This document shows, one piece after another, positions 1-12,975 of a DNA stretch of 64,000 nt (its first letter is position 1; each line of letters opens with the position of its first letter). The stretch is from Lama guanicoe (Eukaryota). The notes under the pieces were generated by a model. It was given only the letters and a program-made list of their open reading frames with translations. It did not search any database and was not told the origin of the DNA. The stretch spans positions 5,383,220 through 5,447,219 of the forward strand of contig MU054323.1 in NCBI GenBank assembly GCA_013239625.1, read 5' to 3'. The translations under genes and the position numbers were made by a program.

Positions 1-2528
1 TTTTGTGAAAGGTACTATGTACAACATCTGGTTAAAGTCAGAATCTCTGTCTTCAAGGGTAAAAGGGCCAAGGTGGGGGTGGGTCAAGAGATAAGGGAGA
101 GGTAAGATAATTTCATTTTTAAATTTAAAATATTTAAATGAAAATTTTAATTTTTCCCTAAACTGAAGAAAGTAACTTTTAAATCATAACTGACATTAAA
201 AGCACATGATTGATGTGTGTTGCAGGAATTGTGTACAGTTAATACAGAGATTTATCAGAAGCCAGCTGGTCTTTAACACAGGTAGGACTCAAAGGAGAAA
301 TTTGAGCAAAGATTCATACCTGGGCAGCAATCAACAGGACTGAGAAATAATTTGAAAGCAACAAGTTGCTTATTTTCTCGAGGGAAACTATTCCCCTCCC
401 CACTGAAAATCCCAGTAGCTCCTAACACAAAATAGCTTCTCTGCCTTATCACAAAGGCTCCAGGAGGCCCTTCTCCCTCATAGTTAATGCCATGTGCCTG
501 CTCAAAAAGTAGCAGGCACACTCCTAACTCCCTGGCCCACTGGCTAGCAAACCATGCCTTCCATTTGCACCTGGGTCTCACTTGTCTCTCCTTTAAGTAG
601 ATACAGCCATTCCCAAAACCATCCTGGACACCAAACTGAACTCAGTTCTTGGAAGTTAATTCAATGACAATTTATGTAAAGCATCTTGCTCCTGCTTCGC
701 ATTAAAAAAAAAACAAAGGAAACTACCAAAGGTCCTACTCACTGGTGGAAGATTTGGGACTCCTGATCACTGTTACCTAACAAGTTCACGGCTTACCTAC
801 AGCGTCACCAGCCTGTAAGCAACACACCCAACAACCACGACCGTTGGGAGAAAGGTGCTACACGAAGAGAAATGGAGAATTACTGAAACCTAGGTGCTCA
901 TCAATCTGTAATTTTTTTTTTTACACACAGAAGCAAACTCCTTATGTATGCTTAGCCTAACTGCTCGGAGTTCTGGTTGGTAAATACTGGGGAAGCGTGT
1001 GTGGAATCAATATGCCTATAAAGGCATGAAATACAATTTAGGGAAGGTCAGTAGGCAGAATGATTCTAAAGGGAAAAATCCTTCCTTCAAAGGTGTAACA
1101 ACATTTAGTCACATCTTCTCCTGAAATAACGCACCCCATAGTTATCCCTCTAGGAAGGGAGTCTATGTAAACCAGAGCATTCCACTTTGTGCTGCCGGAG
1201 TCACAGAGTATACCAGATGTTCATGATCCCAAGGCTCAACAGCATGATGTTCGTGAGTATTTCATAAACCTCAGTATTGGAAGGATTCAGCACCTACTGC
1301 TTTCTTTCCCTACTCCGAAAAAAAAATTTATACATTATATTTCACTGTACCAATTTTATTTTTAAAAAGGTAGCTGCCTTTATTTAAATACCACGATTCA
1401 TCTTATAATGGTATTTAAGGGGCTTTTGTGGCACTGTGCCAGATTTATATTATTAGAACCTAGGCGTTTGCAAATGAACCTCTTTCAATTAGTGTTTCAG
1501 GAAGCAATTAAACTGTCTAAAGTGTATTAATGAATACACTGGAATTGGGAAGCCGATCCTCCTAATACCCCCATTATTAATGCACCATCTGCTCTGCTGC
1601 CTTAGGAGCATCCGGGATCTCTAACCTCAGGTCCACAAAACCCAATCATTTATTCAGAAAGGTCACAGAAGCATAAGTTTGTAATCAGGCTTAATATTCT
1701 ATACAATACATAATATTATTGATTAAGCACATATATTTTTCTTGGAATTTTTTATGGAAGCAAATGAAGCTGCATATGGGTTCTTCTTTTTTTCTTTTCA
1801 TTCTATATTATGTGTCAAAACACTAACAGCTCTGTGAATATATTCCTGGATCTGATATTCCTGCTAAAAGCATGAGTTCTGTATGTACCTCCTAAGATTT
1901 TTAAGGATATCATTAGGATCTCTGATGAGGTTGTCTTTTTTTTTTTCATTAATGAAGGATGTTGCTAGTTGCTACCGTGTGGCAGGCTTTTTCACAGGGA
2001 GTGGTCCAGGTGCTGAGACATTTGCTGTTGCCTCTTTCCAACGCTCTGCTTAGAGCCCCTGCTGCAGGACAAGGTTCTGGAGGAGCTGTGCTTCCTGAGA
2101 TATTTCCTGTTGGCTTTACGATCAAGAGAAACCCAGGACTGCAGGATACAGACTAGCGAGAGGACAGAAGTGAGGGCAGGAAGGGCTGGTGTTTGGCACC
2201 ACTCTGCTCCATGCTGGAAAGTCACCAAGTCACCACTTCCAATAAGCCGCTGGCTTTGGTGATTAATTGCTGCTGAAGCAATCAAAAGGGAAAGAGAAGA
2301 TACATTCTCTGGTTTTGCAGAATTTAGAATCTAGTAGAGGAAAGAAGACACAGGCCCAAGGAAGGCTCGTGAGCTGAAGTGTAACGTTGCCATGGAGTGG
2401 AGGAGCCTAGAAGGAGGCTGGGGAGGAGGAGGAAGACCCTATGAAACATGTAGGATTTAGGAAAGTAGAGAGAAAACAAATTTCCCACAGAACCTTGGAC
2501 TTCTCCTACCTTGATTTTCATTAAGTAC

Positions 2529-2980
2529 TGTTAGGGGTAGAATTATGTCCCCCAAAATTCATGTGTTGAAGTCCTAAGTCCCAGTACATCACTATGTGAT
2601 CTTATTGGGAAAAAGGGTTGTTGAAGATATATTTAGTTAAATTAAAATGAGGTCATACTGAAGTAACGTGGGCTGCTGATCCAGTATGACAGACATCCTT
2701 ACAAAAAGGGGACATTCAGACCCAGAGCCACACACTGGAGAATTCCACGCAAAGATGAAGGCAGAGATAGCGGTGATGCAGCAGAAGACAAAGGACACCA
2801 AAGATTGCCAGGAACCACCAGAAGCTAGGGGGGAGGCCGTAAACACACCCATCCCCCACACCATCAGAGGGCGTGTGGCCCCGCCAGACTCAGACTTGTA
2901 GCCCCAGAACTGCGGGACAAATACAGTTCTTGCTTACACCATTCAGTTTGTGGTATTTTGTTCCAACAGGCCAGGAAATC
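2529..2980 (+). mobile_element. MaLR solo LTR (MLT1B/C-like)
   Basis: Starts tgtta...gaattatgtcccccaaaattcatgtgttgaagtcctaa, contains aagattgccaggaaccaccagaagctagg, and ends cagtttgtggtattttgtt...ggaaat, all MLT1 hallmarks. Confidence 0.85.
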
Positions 2981-3029
2981 AGTCTCACTGCTTCCATATG
3001 AATTATGAAATGCCTGACTTTCCTCCTCT

Positions 3030-3136
3030 TTGAACACAAGAGCAGTGTTGGTTTTGTGTATATTTCTTACTGTGAGTGCCTTGTACATTACTGGGTTTTT
3101 AACGGGTGTTCAATAATTCTGGTTGAATGACTGAAT
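3030..3136 (+). mobile_element. L2 3' end fragment
   Basis: gtgttcaataattctggttgaatgactgaat resembles the L2 terminal tail. Confidence 0.6.
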
Positions 3137-3714
3137 TAGGATGAACAAGTCATGGAGAAATTTGTGAAGTTCAGGTGACAGAGAGGAACTGCGCCTGAGA
3201 CAGAACGGCAATTCTGGCAACTCCCCGGGTAGCAGTGACGGAGCTTTAGAAGAAATCAGTGGGATCCTGAAACTCTGTGTTGGCTTTTCTAGCAGGGAAG
3301 AGGGAGGGTGTAGGAAAGCTGGTCTGGTCACAAACCCCATGTCCTCTGCTGAGTCTCTGGTCACGCTGTCTCTCCACACAGGGCAGTTGTCACACACACA
3401 GATGACACACATACACACACACACTCACAGGTCTGGCTCTGCTAACAGGTGAATGCAATCATGTGCCTTTGCCATTTTTTCACCCACTGCTGGTTCCTTC
3501 ACTCAAGGCCACAGGGAGTTCCCTTAATACATGAGAACTGCTTCCTTATTCACCTCTTCTTTTAGTACATGTCAGAGACAGAAGTTAAGTTCAAGAGTGG
3601 GCAAGAATGGTGAGGTGATAAAGCAAGAGGAGAGATGTAGGAAGAAAAAATTCACTTGCTAAGCTGAAGTCCCATGACGTCTTGGGCTCTGGGCTGGGTT
3701 CTTCAACTACATAC

Positions 3715-3855
3715 ACCCACCCAGGAGGGTATCATAAACCCCAGTTTACAACAGAGAGGAGAAGGCTCAGAGAGGCACAATTATCTCCTCCAAGCCATGC
3801 ATCTCATAACTAAGTCAGCAGAGGTTTCACCCAGGTCTGTGTAATTCCAAAGCTT
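3715..3855 (-). mobile_element. MIR SINE
   Basis: Reverse MIR core: cccagtttacaacagaggagaaggctcagagagg...cccaggtctgtgtaattccaaagc. Confidence 0.65.
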
Positions 3856-5565
3856 TTGTGTTCCCTTTCTACTTCTTCAAACTGCCTCTTTTTCTGGAAG
3901 CAGTATAAAGTCAACACTCCCTTCTGTGCCCATGCATGTTCTCCTTTTAGTCTTGTCTGTGCCAGACTGGCCCTTTAAACAAGCCTAGCAGCCAACACAA
4001 AAAAGCTGGCTTCAGACAGCGGTGGTTTGCCAAGCAATCTCCCAGGTTATTTCTGCCTTGTATATTATCTATTAATCTGATTACTGTTCCCTGGTCCCTC
4101 CAGTTTTTGGCTCTGGTCCCTCAGCTCTACCCTGTGAGAACTGAGTTACTGACCATGGGCTCCCCACTCCACCTTTGCCTTCACTTGCTCCTCTGGGTCT
4201 TACGTCCCCTACAGCCATGGGGTAGAGGCCCCTCCGTTAATTCCATTCCTACTTTTAGTGAATAAGCCTTCTCGATCCTCACCAACTAAGCTGATCATCT
4301 TCCCCTGAACAGATGAAGGACATGTGAAGGTTGCCCATCAGTACGATGATGGGTGTGTGAGAGGAGAAGGGTCCTAGAACAGGATCCAGGTGAACACTTA
4401 ATACTGGCCTTATTACCAACCAGGTATGTAGTGTGGAAGAAAGCCCCAGTTTCCTACTATAAAAATAAAGGCGTTATGCAAGGGACTTGTGAGGTTCCTT
4501 CTGGAGTTCACAATCTATAATTCTTTGTTAAAACAAGGATACAAAAAGAGGACCTTTATAACACCATAACAACTTTGTCTGCACTTGGCCATCAAGAAAA
4601 AAAAATGGTGACTTACAAAAGAAAAGCATCTCTTTTCATATACTTGTTTGAACTTTTAAAAATCCACTTTGGGGAAATAAATCATACTGCTCTGATTACT
4701 ACAAGATTGTACATTAAGAAATATTCTATCCTGGAAGCATCAAGGAGAAGAACAGGTCAGGTAGGGCTAAGGCAGCTGCCGAAACAGTGACTTAACTGCA
4801 TGCACTCTATGTGGACACATTCCCTAGTTTCACTTTTGCATATGGTGCCTGTCAAGATGCCTTTGCATGGAATATGCAGCATTTCTACGTCTTTTTGGGA
4901 AGTGTTCATCTTCAAGATCTGCTTCATACATGCACTGAAGATAAACTAGAGAGAAATGAGAAATCGAGGACCTTAAATCTGCCGACTCCAGGGGCCCTGG
5001 CTCTTGGAGGCTTTATAAGTGATTTAATGGACACTACTTACTCCTGTGCAAATACTGCATTTCTTAGGAAGTCAGATAACTAATTGTATAATATTTTGTC
5101 TTATCAGTAGATTCTTACTGCACTTTTGCAAAAAAAATTTTCTTAATTATTCTTTTTAAAAATAGGACTGGTCTGGGGAAAAAAAGCAGAGAAAGAGTAA
5201 GTAAAACATATTTCACTATTTCAACTTCAGTGAAACCAGTTCTCCAGTTACGAGGTTAGAGATTCCACCGCCCTCCAGAATATCTGAGGAGCAGAGTATA
5301 ACAATCTAGTCACTGTCTCTGGAAGGCCTTGGGGAAAGCACACAAAACTGCCCTGGGCTTATGTCCTAACAGCTTCCCATTAACAGATTTGAAGGAATTA
5401 ATGCTCCTGGTCATCTGCCTGGCAACTTGCATTGCTTATCCTTTTCCCAGTTCAATGCCATTCTCAATTACTTTTTTATTATCCTTTAAATAGCCACTGA
5501 AATTCTACTTCTTCCATGAGTCTTTTCCTGAATAACAGGAAAAAGGTGATTTCCCTTCCATGCAA

Positions 5566-5660
5566 GTGACCAACCATTCTGGTTTGCCAGGATTGTCCCA
5601 GTGTTATCACTCAGAGTCCATGTTCCAGGAAACTTTTCGGTCTCAGGGACTGTTCGTCAC
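5566..5660. mobile_element. MER81-like hAT MITE, interrupted at its right end by an LTR (terminus gtcacccta resumes at 6058)
   Basis: gtgaccaaccattctggtttgccaggattgtcccagtgttatcactcagagtcc matches the remembered MER81 consensus; inverted termini gtgac/gtcac. Confidence 0.7.
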
Positions 5661-6057
5661 TGAAGTGGACTGAATCGTGCCCCCTCAAAATCCTTATGTT
5701 GAAGCCTAACTTCCAATGGGATGGCATTTGGAGATGGGGGCTTTGGGAGATAATGAGGTTTAGAGGAGGTCATGAAGGTGGGGTCCTCATAATGGGATTA
5801 ATGTCCTTATAAGAAGACACCAGAGTGCTCTCAGTCTCTCTCAATTTCTCTCTCTCTCTCTCTCTCCTTCCCTGCCAAGTGACAACTCAGCAAGAAGGTG
5901 GCTGTCTGCAAGCCAAGGAAAGAGCCTTATCAGAATCTGGCTGTGCTGGCACCCTGATCTCAGATTTCTAGCCTTCAGAGTTGTAAGACACAAAATTCTG
6001 TTATTTAAGCCACCCAATCTGTGGTAGTTTGTTTCTGCACCCAAGATGACTAATGCA
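5661..6057 (+). mobile_element. MaLR solo LTR (MLT1A0-like) with 5-bp TSD
   Basis: TG...CA termini, MLT1A body (atttggagatgggggctttgggag, gctggcaccctgatctcaga, tttaagccacccaatctgtggta), TSD gtcac at 5656-5660 and 6058-6062. Confidence 0.92.
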
Positions 6058-6449
6058 GTCACCCTACCTCCGTGTTCCTCCCATACAACTTACAAGAAAT
6101 GTTCTTTTTATGTGAATTTTTATTACCTCAGATACACTTGGCATCGCACATTTGGGAGTGCAGCATGAAGGCTGGAGAGGGGGTTAGTTGTTTGCCTGTC
6201 CTTCTGAACAGCTTTAGACCCCAGGCCACCTGCTTTTGGGTGATGCTGGCCAGACCACATCAGATATGCTGTGTACAATCTCCTAATCAAGAGACAGGTG
6301 CCTGATTTGGGTAGACCCAAGAATGAGGCTTACTTCACAGCTAATGATTAGAAAAATGGAAAATCAGCAGTATTTACTAATTCTCAGACATTTAATTTAT
6401 CTGGCATCAAGCAACACACAGGTATTTACTGAGATCTCCCATTTATAGG

Positions 6450-6745
6450 CAGGAGCTCAGAATGGATATTAAAAAAAAAAACAACTAGTTTCTAATCCAG
6501 CTTTGGCACTTTCTAGTTGTCTGAGTTGAATATTTACTTAATCCCTCTGAGTTTCAGTTTCTTTATCTTTAAAATTGATTAATCATATCTTCATTACAGG
6601 AAAAGCTACAAGAATTAAATAGGTGATTAGTGCATAGTGTCTTGTAAATATTAACTAAAATATTGTAAAATAACTAATAAACATTATAAAAGTAGCTATA
6701 GACTAGCATAGTGTTTTGAAAATATTCATTAAACTTAGTGAATGA
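6450..6745 (+). mobile_element. MIR SINE
   Basis: ctctgagtttcagtttctttatctttaaaat MIR core. Confidence 0.6.
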
Positions 6746-6899
6746 ACCCAGGGTTCTGCTCAGTAAAATGAAGGGCACAAAAGGAGAACAGAATGTAACT
6801 CTTCAAGGTCTGGTTAGACCTGCAACCACTTCACCCTCTTTCCTAAGCATTGTTACTCACATACAGAGCCTCCATTACCGTCTGAACATCTAAACTTTC

Positions 6900-8670
6900 C
6901 ACATAGGCAGCTCTAGCCCAGATCTTTCCCTGGAAGTCCTGAACCGTATGCTGAGCTCCACTTGCATGACTGAGAAATACACTAAACCCAACAGTATCAA
7001 GACCGAATCCAGTATCTCCCCAGCTCCAATATAGTTCTCTTTCAGTCTTTTCAGTGAATGGCATCTCCTTCCAATTCACATGCATGCCAAACACCTTGGA
7101 GAAATCCTTAGCATCTATCTCTCCTTGCCCGACAGCCATGCCATCACAGAGCCTTATTTATCTTACCTCCTATATAATCCCACCCCCTCCATCTCCACTG
7201 CTCTCACCCTGTCTGGAGCTGCCAACATTTCTTCCCTGGATTCCTGCAGTTTCTTCCTAAATGATCTTCCCAAACTCTTCTCAAAATTCTTGCTCCTGTC
7301 TGGTCTTTGCTCAGATAACCCCAGCGTGATATTTGCAAAGCAAAACTAAGGCTGTGGCCCTGTCCTGCTACAAAGTCCTCGGTGGTTTCCCACTGCTCAT
7401 GGAATTAAAACCAAAACTCTTCGCAAGGTCTCAAGACATGACCTGTCTGAGCCCTGCCCCCTCTGCAGCCTTGTCTCAGCATATCCACCCCACTCTCCAA
7501 ATCACACTGATCTGTTTCCATCACGGAGCCTTACATGTTCGCTGTTTCCCAGGGTAAGAATATTCTACCTCTCCCCTACCCTTTCCTAAATAATTCCTCA
7601 TTATCCTATCAACTTCAACTCAAAAATTACTTTGTCAGGAAGCAGCATTCTGTCAGATCTCAAAATATCCTCTATCTATCCCTGGAAAAACACTTAAAAT
7701 AGCATTACCTCGCACCAGCCAAAATGGCCATCATTCAGAAGACCACAAATGACAAATGCTGGAGAGGCCATGGAGAAAAGGGAACCCTCCTACACTGCTG
7801 GTGGGAATGCAGGTTGGTGCAGCCACTGTGGAAAACTGTTTCTTCAAAAGACTAGGAATAGACTTACCATATGACCCAGGAATCCCGCTCCTGGGATCTA
7901 TCCAGAAGGAACCCTACTTCAAAAACACACCTGCACCCCAATGTTCATAGCAGCACTAATTACAATAGCCAAGACATGGAAACAGCCTAAATGTCCATCA
8001 ACAGATGACTGGATAAAGAAGTGGTGGTATATTTATACAATGGAATACTACTCAGCCATAAAAACCAACAACATAACGCCATTTGCAGCAACATGGATGT
8101 TCCTGGAAAATGTCATTCTAAGTGAAGTAAGCCAGAGAGAGAAAGAAAAATACCACATGAGATCACTCATATGTGGAATCTTAAAAAAAAACACATAAAT
8201 ACAAAAGAAACAGACTCATAGACATAGAATACAAACTTGTGGTTTCCAAGGGGGTGGGGGGTGGGAAGGGACAGACTGGGATTTCAAAATGTAGACTAGA
8301 TAAACAAGATTATACTGTATAGCACAAGGAAATATATACAAAATATTGTGGTAGCTCACAGCGAAAAAAAATGTGACAATGAATATATGTATGTTCATGT
8401 ATAACTGAAAAGTTGTGCTCTACACTGGAATTTGACACAACATTATAAAATGACTATAATGCAATAAAAAATGTAGAAAAAATAATGTTTAATTTTATTT
8501 GATTTGCAATTACTGATGTCAGTGTCTTTGACCAGACTGTAAGTTCTGTGAGGGTAGGTGAATACCTGTGTTTGCTCACTGTAGTGCCATGGGTCCTACT
8601 ACAACCCATGACATATAGGAGGTGCTCAGTGATAACTTGTCCTTGCAAACGAGTGAGTGAATGAATAAAC
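6900..8670 (+). mobile_element. L2 LINE 3' portion, interrupted by a young L1 at ~7705-8482
   Basis: L2 motifs (atggcatctccttccaattcacatgcatgccaaacaccttggag; agactgtaagttctgtgagggtagg) and terminal ggaggtgctcagtgat...gaatgaataaa. Confidence 0.75.
7705..8482 (+). mobile_element. 5'-truncated, relatively young L1 (ORF2 C-terminus + 3'UTR + A-rich tail)
   Basis: ORF 7941-8198 MFIAALITIAKTWKQPKCPSTDDWIKKWWYIYTMEYYSAIK...LSEVSQ is the L1 ORF2 C-terminus; frameshifted relative to 7756-7950; aataaa plus A-rich tail at 8463-8482. Confidence 0.95.
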
Positions 8671-10009
8671 AGCAAGTGTTACAGCCAGCTCGTCACCAAG
8701 TGTCAAAGCATCTGGCAAAGGAGAGGAAGAAGAAAGCTGTGGAGGGTGAGGAATCCCCCCTGAAGAGGCGATGGTCAGAGGAGGGAATGGTGGAGAGGGT
8801 GGGGCTGGGAGCAGAATTTAGGTAACTAAAGAGGTCTGGATGGGAGGCTGTTTTCCAGGTTTTAGCATTAAAGGTCAAGTCTTGGAGGCTGGAATAGGCA
8901 TTTCATATACAGAAAACAGTGAAGAGCTTTATAGCCTACCCCATAGGAGATGGAGTGTGTGTAGTTACGGGACCAGAGAAAAGGCGGGATGCCCAACTCA
9001 AAGCCTAGAGGGATGCACTTCATTTGTCTTTATTTCCAGCTATGATTGGTGTTTCAAATGGGTGGTTTAAATTAAAGCAAAAACGAAAAGTTTTCTGGAT
9101 GGACAGTGATGAGCAAAAGTTCTTTTGCAGGGAAGGACTGTCCTCTGTGTTTGGGTTGATACGGGCTTTTGTCTCACTCTGTGGAGACAAATGACTCTAC
9201 GTCTTCCCGCCAGTTACATTATTAACTGTACTGGCATTTTACTTCTAAGTCAAGGGATAATCTGAGGCCAAACAAAGAGGAAGCACTGAGAAGAGGCCTC
9301 GCCACGGCTGCTGACTACCTGACATTTCAGAATGAAGAATCATTGCCTCGGAAATATTCGGAGCACTCCTTCTATGCCCCAGTCAGGGAACTGTTATGGT
9401 GAAACTCCAAAACAAGTTTGCTCAATCTCCTATCTCACCACAAGCATAAGGAATTATAGTCCAAGCATTTAAAATAATTAAAACTCACTCTTTTCTTGAC
9501 CGTTGTCAAGGATGCCTCGGTAAACCTACAGACGTCAGAACAGCATCCTATGCTGCTTTCCAAATGAGCTACAAAGACTACATTTTGTGACATGAAGGGT
9601 AGTGTGAATTGGGGAGGAGAAAAAGTAACAGTAGAAATGGTCACAGCTAGAAATCATAAGCTATCAAGGGCAAGATGCAGATTTTTTAACACCAACATGG
9701 TCCACAACCCAAGTTACCAATGAAGACAAAGACCCAATGAATTGAGGAGGATGAAAATGAAGGACCAGAGGCCACAGTGAGAGTGGCTGGGAGCACATCA
9801 TATACTGAAAGAGCAGAGAGATTAGGAGACTGGCTGATGCTAGTTTTAGTGACATCTGAAGTTCTCTGGGTAAGTACAGTCCCCATGAGCTTGATGCCTG
9901 ATTCTGAGAGGAATGTGTGAGTTCAATCAGCAGGACTGCTCAGGTCTTCAGTGTTATTGTAAACACCCCTGCCTTTGTCCCAGAGTATGACAGGACTCAA
10001 TACCTTTAT

Positions 10010-10450
10010 TGCCTATTCAATACCTTAATTGATGGTTGAGATGAAGGAATCGACAATGTGCTCATCAAATTTGCAGACTATACTAAGTTAGGCAGATTTG
10101 CTAACACCTCCACATGACAGGAGTAACATTCCAACTGATCGTGGCAAGGTGGAGTGACTCTATAGTGGGTCACTTTGGGACAAGGAAAAATAAACAAGGG
10201 TTCCAAGATGCCCTCAACATACACAGAAACATCTTAAGCTCAGAAGTCAAACTCCTCTCACCCTTTCTCTTTTCCAGACCTTCTTGAAAGTTCTGGATTA
10301 CACTTTAGACATAAAACCTTAAAAGGCATGTGAGCAAACCAGAGATGTTCAGAAAAATGCAATGTATATACATAATCAAAGGGAAAATGACAAATTATGT
10401 CCAAGCATATAGAAGATGCTCAATAATTGGGCGTTCAACAGAGAAGGAAG
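10010..10450 (+). mobile_element. L3/CR1 LINE reverse-transcriptase remnant
   Basis: 10061-10093 translates LIKFADYTKLG, matching the CR1 RT motif L(S/I)KFADDTKLG. Confidence 0.75.
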
Positions 10451-10462
10451 GGGAAAAAGTTT

Positions 10463-10630
10463 CTTTTGTACAGCACAGGGAACTATGTTCAATATCTTGT
10501 AATAACCTTTAATGGAAAAAATATGAAAACAAATATATGTATGTATATGCATGACTGGGACATTGTGCTGTACACCAGAAATTGACTCATTGTAATTGAC
10601 TGTACTTCAATAAAAATAAATGAATAAAAC
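10463..10630 (+). mobile_element. Short L1 3'UTR fragment with A-rich tail
   Basis: tgtacagcacagggaactatgttcaatatcttgtaataacc...gctgtacaccagaaattgac...caataaaaataaa; similar to the 3'UTR at 8317-8470. Confidence 0.9.
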
Positions 10631-11165
10631 TGAAAATAGAGATGGGAGGAAGGGAGGAAAGGGTGAGGAGGGGGGTGGTTAAGGAAAGAAGGAAGAAAAA
10701 GAAATGGTGGCATGGAAGAGAACAAATGAGGCTGTTACGGGTAAAAGTCTCTGTGACTTGTGAAGAACCGTTACTCAGTGTTGGGAGGACTAGATGCTCA
10801 TCAAATGAAAACAGGAACTGCACCAAATGGTTTCCCTGAGTCCCTCTCAGCTCTGAAAGGTTACCTGACTTCGGAACTGGTGTTCCGTGCCACCGGGAAT
10901 AAACAAGAACCACACTGGGGACGTGAGCCCTGGTTATGGAGAAGCACTGGGATCAGGCTTCACCTCCCTGTGCCTCCCCACATACACCTCGCTCCTTCAT
11001 CGTGCCTCAGCCTTTCTTCCCACGGTTTCACAAGCTGCCCACGTTTTCTCCACACCCTTCAGACTACTTCAGAGCTAAGAGAAACACCAATGAGCAGTCA
11101 AAAGGCCCACCTGTGACCTCAGGACTGCAGCTAGACTGAAGAAGGGCAGCCAACGCTCCGTGTAC

Positions 11166-11345
11166 AGCGGTGGTTTCCAAGCACGCCTGCATAACGTACT
11201 CCTCTTCTGAGGCCGGAAACTCCTCCCAGACCAGACCAGACCCGAGACCAGCACAACCAGATTATCAGGAGTAGGTCCCAGGCATGGGGCTTCTTTTACG
11301 TTTCTCCAGGTGATGCCAAACTGCAGCCAAGGCTGAGAGCCACAG
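11166..11345. mobile_element. MER5A-like hAT-Charlie MITE
   Basis: cagcggtggtttccaag...ctccaggtgatgccaaactgcagccaaggctgagagccac. Confidence 0.7.
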
Positions 11346-11512
11346 CTTCACAGGATATCTGGTTAGTCTTCTTCAACTAAGAACATCCGCAGAAGAATCC
11401 ACCCCAAAAGCAGCCTGTGGTGGAAACCAAATATATTTTCTTTGCTTAGTTAAGGAACAGGGGCAGGCACTTCTAGTTGGGTCAAATAACTAGATTTAAA
11501 CAACTAAATGTG

Positions 11513-11670
11513 AGTGCCTCTCACATTTTAATGTAGGTACAAATCATCCGAGGACCTTGTTAAAATGCAGGTTCTAATACGAGCACGGAGGTGGCCTTGA
11601 GATTCCTTCTGTATAACAAGCTCCCATGTGACGCTGATGCTACTGTCTGTGGACCACATGGATAGCTGGA
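11513..11670. mobile_element. MER5-like hAT-Charlie MITE
   Basis: gaccttgttaaaatgcaggttct...taacaagctcccatgtgacgctgatgct...ggaccac. Confidence 0.75.
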
Positions 11671-11847
11671 ACTATAACTTCAAGCTCACATTAACTAATC
11701 AACATGGTCTCCCATCAACCTTAATGGCCACTTAGCAATGTCCTTGGCTCTAAAGAAATGCAGGTTGAGAGCTTACCCTGCTTGTCCTGTAAGAGCAACA
11801 GTGTAATTCTCAGTCCAAAGCAGGCACAGTTAGGTGCCTTAGTATCT

Positions 11848-11986
11848 TTTGATGGCTAATTTGATGTGTCAACCTGACTGGATCAGAGGGTGCCCAGATA
11901 TCTGGCTGAACATTATTTCTGGTTGTGTCTGTATACATATGTCAGTTCCTGTTGGTTCCGTTTCTCTGGAGAACCCTGACTAATAG
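11848..11986 (+). mobile_element. Internally deleted MLT2 (ERV-L) LTR
   Basis: MLT2 5' end (gatggctaatttgatgtgtcaacctgactgg...gggtgcccagata) joined directly to the MLT2 3' end (gtttctctggagaaccctgactaata). Confidence 0.85.
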
Positions 11987-12803
11987 TGTCCCCTAAGACC
12001 ATCTTGAGAAGTGAGTGACTCTAGGACCTGACTACAACGTATGGAAGGTCTTCCCCACACCGCCAGTTCTGACACCAGCTGGGTATCTTACAATTCAACA
12101 CAATTTTGACACAATCGACCTAGAGGTAGCGTCAGATTCCACAGGATAAGGGCTCAGTCCCACCAGATTGCCCACCCCCCACCCAGATGCCAATGACAAC
12201 GCCAGGTCGCTACTGCGATTCTGACTGATGGGCTATAAATCAGAGGTCTCATGACCCCCTCCTCAGGCTCAGGTAACTTGCTTACAGTGAATCACAGACA
12301 TCAGGAACACAGTTTACGTATGTTCACAGTTTTATTATAAAATAAAATGGTGAAGGATGCGGGTGAACATCCAGATGGAAGAGGCATGCGGGAAGGGATG
12401 GAGAGCATCCACGCCCTCTCTGCGTCACTCTCCCAGCCCCTTCCAGTGTTCACCAGTCCAGAAGCTCTCCGAACACCTTCTGTTTGGGTTTTTTATGGAG
12501 GCTGCAGTACAGAGGCATGATTGATGAAATCACAGGCCAGGGTGACTGAGTCCATCTCAGCCCCTCTCCCCTCCCGGGAGGTCAGGGTTGGGGACTAAAA
12601 GTTCCAACCCTCTAACCACATGGTTGGCTCCCCTTGTAATCAGCCCCCACCCTTAGGTGCTTTCCAAAGGTCACCTCACTAATATAACAAAAGGCATGTT
12701 TATCACTCTCCTCACAGGAAAGTCCCAGGGTTTTAGGAGCTCCATGGCAGAAACAGAGATGAAGACAAAATGTGTATTTCTTATCATAAATCACAATATC
12801 ACA
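11987..12803 (-). mobile_element. MER21-like LTR
   Basis: Ends tatttcttatcataaatcacaatatcaca (reverse of the MER21 start); internal ctgacaccagctgggt..caattcaa and aaagttccaaccctctaa. Confidence 0.85.
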
Positions 12804-12806
12804 GGA

Positions 12807-12975
12807 AGTGTTTCTCCCACTGTTATGTGCATGTTAATCATTCAGGGATCTCTAAAATGCAGGCTCTGATTCAGCAGTCCTGAGAGGGGCATGAGAGTCT
12901 ACTGTTTCCACAAATTCGTGGGTGACACCAACCTTGCTGGTCTAAGAATCAACCATGCTGTGAGTAAAAAGGATC
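12807..12975. mobile_element. MER5B-like MITE
   Basis: aaaatgcaggctctgattcagcagtcctgagagggg...ttgctggtc. Confidence 0.7.

Noticed and set aside
10918..10932. 15-mer gggacgtgagccctg repeated at ~63358
   Set aside because: A few exact 15-mer pairs are expected by chance in 64 kb and the flanks do not extend.
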